This document shows positions 59,985 through 64,000 of a stretch of DNA of 64,000 nt, piece by piece. The stretch spans positions 19,089 through 83,088 of the forward strand of contig CAZNDZ010000002.1 of the NCBI GenBank assembly GCA_964572155.1. The letters are read 5' to 3'. The stretch's first letter is position 1; the number at the start of each line of letters is the position of its first letter. Both the position numbers and the translations under genes were made by a program. Source of the DNA: an uncultured Planctomycetales bacterium. GTDB taxonomy: Bacteria > Omnitrophota > Gorgyraeia > Zapsychrales > Fredricksoniimonadaceae. Under the pieces are notes generated by a model that searched no databases, was not told the DNA's origin, and saw only the letters and a program-made list of their open reading frames with translations.

Positions 59985-61129
59985 CAGCTGACCCCTTTTT
60001 GATTGAGCAACGTGATGCATTGGTCAATATCTGCTTGGGTATTATAAATATGTGGTGAAATTCTTAACGTATTTTTCCACATTGCCAAATGAATGCCCTG
60101 CTCTTTTAATTGATCATAAATTATTTTATTTTGCGCCTTATCGTGATGTGATATAACCACAATCGGTGTTAAGGCATCCGGTTCTTGTGGACTTAAAATT
60201 TGATACGCTTTTTTATCTATTCCTTGATGAATCATCTTAACCAATGATTGATTATGAAGTTGTATGGTATTTATATTGATACCCTGTAAATAATCAATGG
60301 ACGCCCGCCATGGGACAAAATTAAAGAAGTTAGCTGTACCAAATACATCATATTTTCTTGCCGTATCATTGGCCGCAATCGCAAGTTCTCCGTCACCATG
60401 CAAACTCTTCTCATCCATGAGTGATATCCAATACGCCTGAGTATAATTTAATTGTCGACGAAGCTCTGGTTTGATCCAACAAAATCCCGTTCCATAAGGC
60501 CCTAATAACCACTTATATCCAGCACAGACAATCGCATCAATGGGCATTTTAGAAAGATCGATCGGACACGCACCCAACACCTGTGACATATTGACAATGA
60601 AGGTTATCCCACGCTCTTGTGCTATTTCTCCTATCGCTTCAACATCTATTGCCCATCCTGAGAAACTATGCACCATCGGCAAACAGATAACTTTCGTTTT
60701 AGGTGTTATAGCATCTAAAATTTCTTTTGGTGTTAGAACTGGTCCAACGGAGGGTAACTGCACAACATCAACTTCTCGGTCTTTCAAATATAGCCACGGT
60801 AAAATATCTGTTGGAAAATCATTACGCATCAGAATCACTTGATCGCCTGGACCCAAGGAAAGTCCATTACTTAACAAATGCATGCCATACGTTGCGCTAT
60901 TACCTAAAATAATATCTTTAGGATCGACATGAATCAATTGACCAATCGATGTTTTTAACAACGTTGGCACTTCAATAAATTTTGGGATGGTTAGATGATG
61001 TGGAGACAACTTCCACTGAATTGCCTCAAGCAAGGCCTTGGCTGCAACCGATGGGAGCGGCCCTTCGCTGGCCGCATTCAACCAGATCTGACCTTGTGTT
61101 AATTCGAAATCTTTGTGGAATTCTTGCAT
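59984..61129 (-). CDS. Class V aminotransferase (cysteine-desulfurase/isopenicillin-N-epimerase-like PLP enzyme)
   Basis: PLP-lysine region IVCAGYKWLLGPYGTG; fold length about 380 aa. Confidence 0.65.
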   Translation of the reverse strand: MQEFHKDFELTQGQIWLNAASEGPLPSVAAKALLEAIQWKLSPHHLTIPKFIEVPTLLKTSIGQLIHVDPKDIILGNSATYGMHLLSNGLSLGPGDQVILMRNDFPTDILPWLYLKDREVDVVQLPSVGPVLTPKEILDAITPKTKVICLPMVHSFSGWAIDVEAIGEIAQERGITFIVNMSQVLGACPIDLSKMPIDAIVCAGYKWLLGPYGTGFCWIKPELRRQLNYTQAYWISLMDEKSLHGDGELAIAANDTARKYDVFGTANFFNFVPWRASIDYLQGININTIQLHNQSLVKMIHQGIDKKAYQILSPQEPDALTPIVVISHHDKAQNKIIYDQLKEQGIHLAMWKNTLRISPHIYNTQADIDQCITLLNQKGVS

Positions 61130-61569
61130 AATTTATAATTCAATAAATGCCTAATAGAACGAAAGAATAATTTATCTTTAGGATGTGTTAATAAACCTTC
61201 CACGTCATCTTCATGAACCCAGCGGGCTTCAGGATGCGCAGGATCAATGGGTTTTAATTTCATTTCATCCGTCTTAAACAAAAACATATGAATTTCTTTA
61301 AGCTCACTCTTATCTTCTTTAATGCCACCAAGACCAATTTTGTAGCGTTGATAGACACCCAACTCTCGCACAAAATTCAATCGCAAGATGCCAGTTTCCT
61401 CTTTAATCTCACGGACAGCAGCCTGAAATGTTGTTTCACCTGGATCAACATGCCCTTTGGGCAATGACCAGGAATCACCGCGTTGACTAACCACTAAAAC
61501 ACGGCCAATCTTATTTAAAACTACACCACCTGCTACTTGCGTTTTAATTGCCATAGAATTTTTCACCAA
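61099..61569 (-). CDS. NUDIX hydrolase
   Basis: Nudix box [23 protein letters not shown]. Confidence 0.75.
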   Translation of the reverse strand: MVKNSMAIKTQVAGGVVLNKIGRVLVVSQRGDSWSLPKGHVDPGETTFQAAVREIKEETGILRLNFVRELGVYQRYKIGLGGIKEDKSELKEIHMFLFKTDEMKLKPIDPAHPEARWVHEDDVEGLLTHPKDKLFFRSIRHLLNYKLCKNSTKISN

Positions 61570-62188
61570 TCTCTACACGCGGCATGCCATGTGTCACGCG
61601 ATACAAATTTTTATCACGCAAAGAATATACACACCCACAATATTCTTGTTGATAAAAATTCTCGCGCTTAGCAATCTCATACATCCGATCAGCCCCGCCT
61701 TTTTTTCGCCAATTGTATGTCCAATATGTCATGCCTTCATATCTCGCTGCCGCCTTAATCCCACTGGCATTGATCTGATTCATATCCTTCCAACGTGACA
61801 ATCCCAGCGACGAGGTAAAAACCTTATACCCGTGCTCGTATGCATATAAAGCACTGCGTTCAAAACGCATATCAAAACACGCCGTACAACGAATGCCTTT
61901 TTCAGGTTCAAATTCCATACCCTTAACGCGCGCAAACCAATTGCTGGTGTCATAATCCGCATCGATAAACGGTATATTCATGGCTTTTGCGTATCGAATA
62001 TTTTCTTCTTTTCTAATCTCATATTCTTTTTTTGGATGAATATTTGGATTATAAAAAAAGATAGAAAATTCAATTTTAGATGCAACCATCGCTTCCATGA
62101 GCTCACCCGAACATGGTGCGCAGCATGAATGCAATAGAACCTTATTGCTAGAATCCGGCGGCATTAATTTTTCGCGATTTTCGATCAT
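61544..62188 (-). CDS. queH: Epoxyqueuosine reductase QueH (DUF208)
   Basis: Hallmark [10 protein letters not shown] plus C-terminal CGC. Confidence 0.85.
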   Translation of the reverse strand: MIENREKLMPPDSSNKVLLHSCCAPCSGELMEAMVASKIEFSIFFYNPNIHPKKEYEIRKEENIRYAKAMNIPFIDADYDTSNWFARVKGMEFEPEKGIRCTACFDMRFERSALYAYEHGYKVFTSSLGLSRWKDMNQINASGIKAAARYEGMTYWTYNWRKKGGADRMYEIAKRENFYQQEYCGCVYSLRDKNLYRVTHGMPRVEIGEKFYGN

Positions 62189-62191
62189 AAG

Positions 62192-62227
62192 AAAAAAACC
62201 CTTGGGCTATTTCAGACCAAGGGTTTT
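62192..62227 (-). terminator. Intrinsic terminator of cspA (11-bp stem AAAACCCTTGG/CCAAGGGTTTT, 11-nt loop, then a T-run on the minus strand)
   Basis: Lies 20-55 nt downstream of the cspA stop (62247). Confidence 0.55.
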
Positions 62228-62246
62228 GCTAACAATTTTACTAGAA

Positions 62247-62447
62247 TTAGATTTTAACAACATTAACAGCTTGTTCGCCTTTAGGGCCTTGTTGAATATC
62301 GAACTCTACATCTTGGCCTTCATCTAAAGTTCTGTAACCTTCTGACTTGATCGCGGTATGATGCACAAACACATCTTTACCATTTTCGGGAGTAATAAAG
62401 CCATAACCTTTTTGATTATTAAACCACTTTACCTTTCCTTTAGCCAT
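62247..62447 (-). CDS. cspA: Cold-shock protein, CspA family
   Basis: [17 protein letters not shown]1 and VFVHH RNP2; 66 aa; strong SD AGGAGG. Confidence 0.9.
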   Translation of the reverse strand: MAKGKVKWFNNQKGYGFITPENGKDVFVHHTAIKSEGYRTLDEGQDVEFDIQQGPKGEQAVNVVKI

Positions 62448-62484
62448 TACTTCGTCCTCCTTGAACTTTAATGCTTTTTTCGAC

Positions 62485-62964
62485 TTATTGACCTATAGCT
62501 TGTGCTTCTGCGCTTGGATTAACAACTTCTGGCGCTTTATTTAAATGAGAAGCCAATGCTTTCCAAGTTCTTGGACCAACTTTACCATCAGCCTTTAAAC
62601 CATTTTGTGCTTGGAATGCTTCGATAGCTTTTTTGGTTTTAGGACCAACATCACCGTCGACCTTACCACTATAAAACCCAGCATTTTTTAACGCTTGCTG
62701 AATTTGTTTACCTGTAGGCTTACCGACAACTGAAGCCGCTGTCGTTGCATCTTCAATGGGGGTCATCATATCACCAGTCATCGCTTGCGCGTTATCAACA
62801 ACAACGGCAACACCTGATGCGGCAGAATCCATTACAGAAACCACATTTTCACTCATTACGCCGTTTAAACCATCCATATTCGTCGCTTCTTCTTTTTTCT
62901 TTCCACAGCCAATTAAGGACGTGACCATAAAAACCACCGCGACACCCAATACAAATTTTTTCAT
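62485..62964 (-). CDS. Lipoprotein with C-terminal peptidoglycan-binding (PG_binding_1-like) domain
   Basis: Lipobox LIGCG; [46 protein letters not shown]. Confidence 0.6.
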   Translation of the reverse strand: MKKFVLGVAVVFMVTSLIGCGKKKEEATNMDGLNGVMSENVVSVMDSAASGVAVVVDNAQAMTGDMMTPIEDATTAASVVGKPTGKQIQQALKNAGFYSGKVDGDVGPKTKKAIEAFQAQNGLKADGKVGPRTWKALASHLNKAPEVVNPSAEAQAIGQ

Positions 62965-63063
62965 ACGAACTACCTCTTCTTTAAATATGTGTTAAATAAA
63001 ATTGTTTAATGCACCTGTACATATATTAACGCGCTTTATTCGCTTGTCAAATTTTCTTCTAAA

Positions 63064-64000
63064 TTATTCCACGTAATCTAAATCTTTGTGATATGTTTCA
63101 GCCAATCCTGCCAATGCCCAAAAGGCCAGCATCACTGTAAAAAATGCAACGATCATGCCTGCATGAACAATCCCATACATATCTTTAAAAGCCTGGAAGC
63201 TTAAGGTTAAAATCACAACTGAACCTCTAACCACGTTAGGCACAGTGGTTGTAACGGTTGAGCGAATATTTGTTCCAAATTGCTCCGCCGCGATTGTCAC
63301 AAATAATGCCCAATAACCACTAGCAAAACCTAGCAAGAAGCACAAACCATAGAAATAATTTAAGGCTGCCTGTGTACTTACTAAATATGCTCCCATAAAC
63401 ACTGCATTTAGGAACATGAAAATACCAACCACTTTGATTCTACTTTGAATTAATTGCGACCACACACCACTAACCAATCCCCCGCACGACAATCCTATAT
63501 AGGTAAACATGATGGCTCGACCAGCATTGGGCAAGTCAGTCATTCCTAATGCTTTTCCAAATTCAGGCGCAAAGGTTACTAGAATGCCAACAACAAACCA
63601 CAACGGCACACCAATGCAAACACAACGTAAATATTTTAAGAAGTTTTGCCAATGACAGAAAATTATTTTTAAATCCCCTCGATGTGAACGACCAGCGAGT
63701 GCTTTTGTAAATAGACCCGACTCAAAGGCTTGAATGCGCAACAATAAAAGCACGATGCCCATGCCTCCGCCAATAAAATAAGCAACGCGCCAATCAAAGA
63801 TATCTGCAACAAAATATGCCGCGATAGCACCCAATATCCCCACAACAGAGACAATGGTTGTTCCATAGCCTCGATGTTTTGTTGACATGGTTTCACTGAC
63901 AAGCGTAATGCCCGCGCCAAGCTCACCGGCCAACCCCACCCCCGCAATAAAACGCAACACGGCATACATGCTCACGTCATGCACAAAACCATTGGCAATG
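63064..64000 (-). CDS. MFS transporter, C-terminal about 310 aa (gene continues beyond the window end)
   Basis: About 8 TM helices with an MFS-like loop. The reading frame is open to the window edge. Confidence 0.6.
   Translation of the reverse strand, partial: IANGFVHDVSMYAVLRFIAGVGLAGELGAGITLVSETMSTKHRGYGTTIVSVVGILGAIAAYFVADIFDWRVAYFIGGGMGIVLLLLRIQAFESGLFTKALAGRSHRGDLKIIFCHWQNFLKYLRCVCIGVPLWFVVGILVTFAPEFGKALGMTDLPNAGRAIMFTYIGLSCGGLVSGVWSQLIQSRIKVVGIFMFLNAVFMGAYLVSTQAALNYFYGLCFLLGFASGYWALFVTIAAEQFGTNIRSTVTTTVPNVVRGSVVILTLSFQAFKDMYGIVHAGMIVAFFTVMLAFWALAGLAETYHKDLDYVE

Noticed and set aside
1-64000. Mobile elements, integrases, phage genes, toxin-antitoxin or restriction-modification systems
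   Set aside because: No transposase/integrase-like ORFs, flanking direct repeats or abrupt compositional shifts were recognisable by eye. GC content was not computed, so subtle islands cannot be excluded.

Overview
This 64 kb window is a compact, AT-rich (roughly 38-40% GC by eye) segment of a bacterial chromosome, probably from a diderm (Gram-negative) organism. Supporting evidence: lipobox lipoproteins, a Porin O/P family barrel, an ExbB/ExbD-type pair and a GT9 heptosyltransferase-like gene. About 70 genes are tightly packed and all but four (a sulfite-reductase gene and pntAA/pntAB/pntB) lie on the minus strand, often with 1-35 nt start/stop overlaps. I found no rRNA, tRNA, CRISPR array, transposase or integrase. 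The provided ORF track treats GTG and TTG as starts (seen at pntAA, the porin, thyA and the HAD gene), so several 5' ends were moved to the nearest ATG with a Shine-Dalgarno where I could verify it.

Main content:
(1) About 15 kb of co-directional genes (8149-23117) that I interpret as an undescribed glycan system. It contains a branched-chain-sugar-like biosynthetic set (two different TPP-dependent C-C-forming enzymes, a radical SAM with a Cys-rich tail, two methyltransferases, SDR, ADH and epimerase/dehydratase enzymes, and a GT9 transferase). That set is joined to a lipid-carrier glycosyltransfer module (GT2 polyprenyl-phosphate sugar synthase, a YfhO-like GT-C, a TPR protein and an ArnT/PMT-like GT-C). 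Continuing in the same direction are an alpha-glucan phosphorylase, then thyA and folA.
(2) A sulfate-assimilation regulon: an Rrf2 regulator, an anion porin, sbp-cysTWA, an Fe-S APS reductase, cysD, and cysN fused to a degenerate APS-kinase domain. Unlinked from it are a ferredoxin-type sulfite reductase, an FprA-type reductase, a small CbiX chelatase and nadK.
(3) c-di-GMP signalling parts: a GGDEF cyclase with an I-site, a REC-EAL protein, a REC-HD-GYP protein abutting the cys operon, and a PilZ protein paired with a membrane protein. There is also a soluble Aer-type PAS protein with a diverged MCP signalling domain.
(4) Housekeeping genes: hldD, gpmI, pntAB, fumC, gltA, pepA, mutY, queH, cspA and others.
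(5) One 477 bp non-coding island (33193-33669) containing a predicted promoter-RBS-31-codon ORF-terminator unit.

All functional calls are motif-level inference from the translated ORFs. No database search was run.
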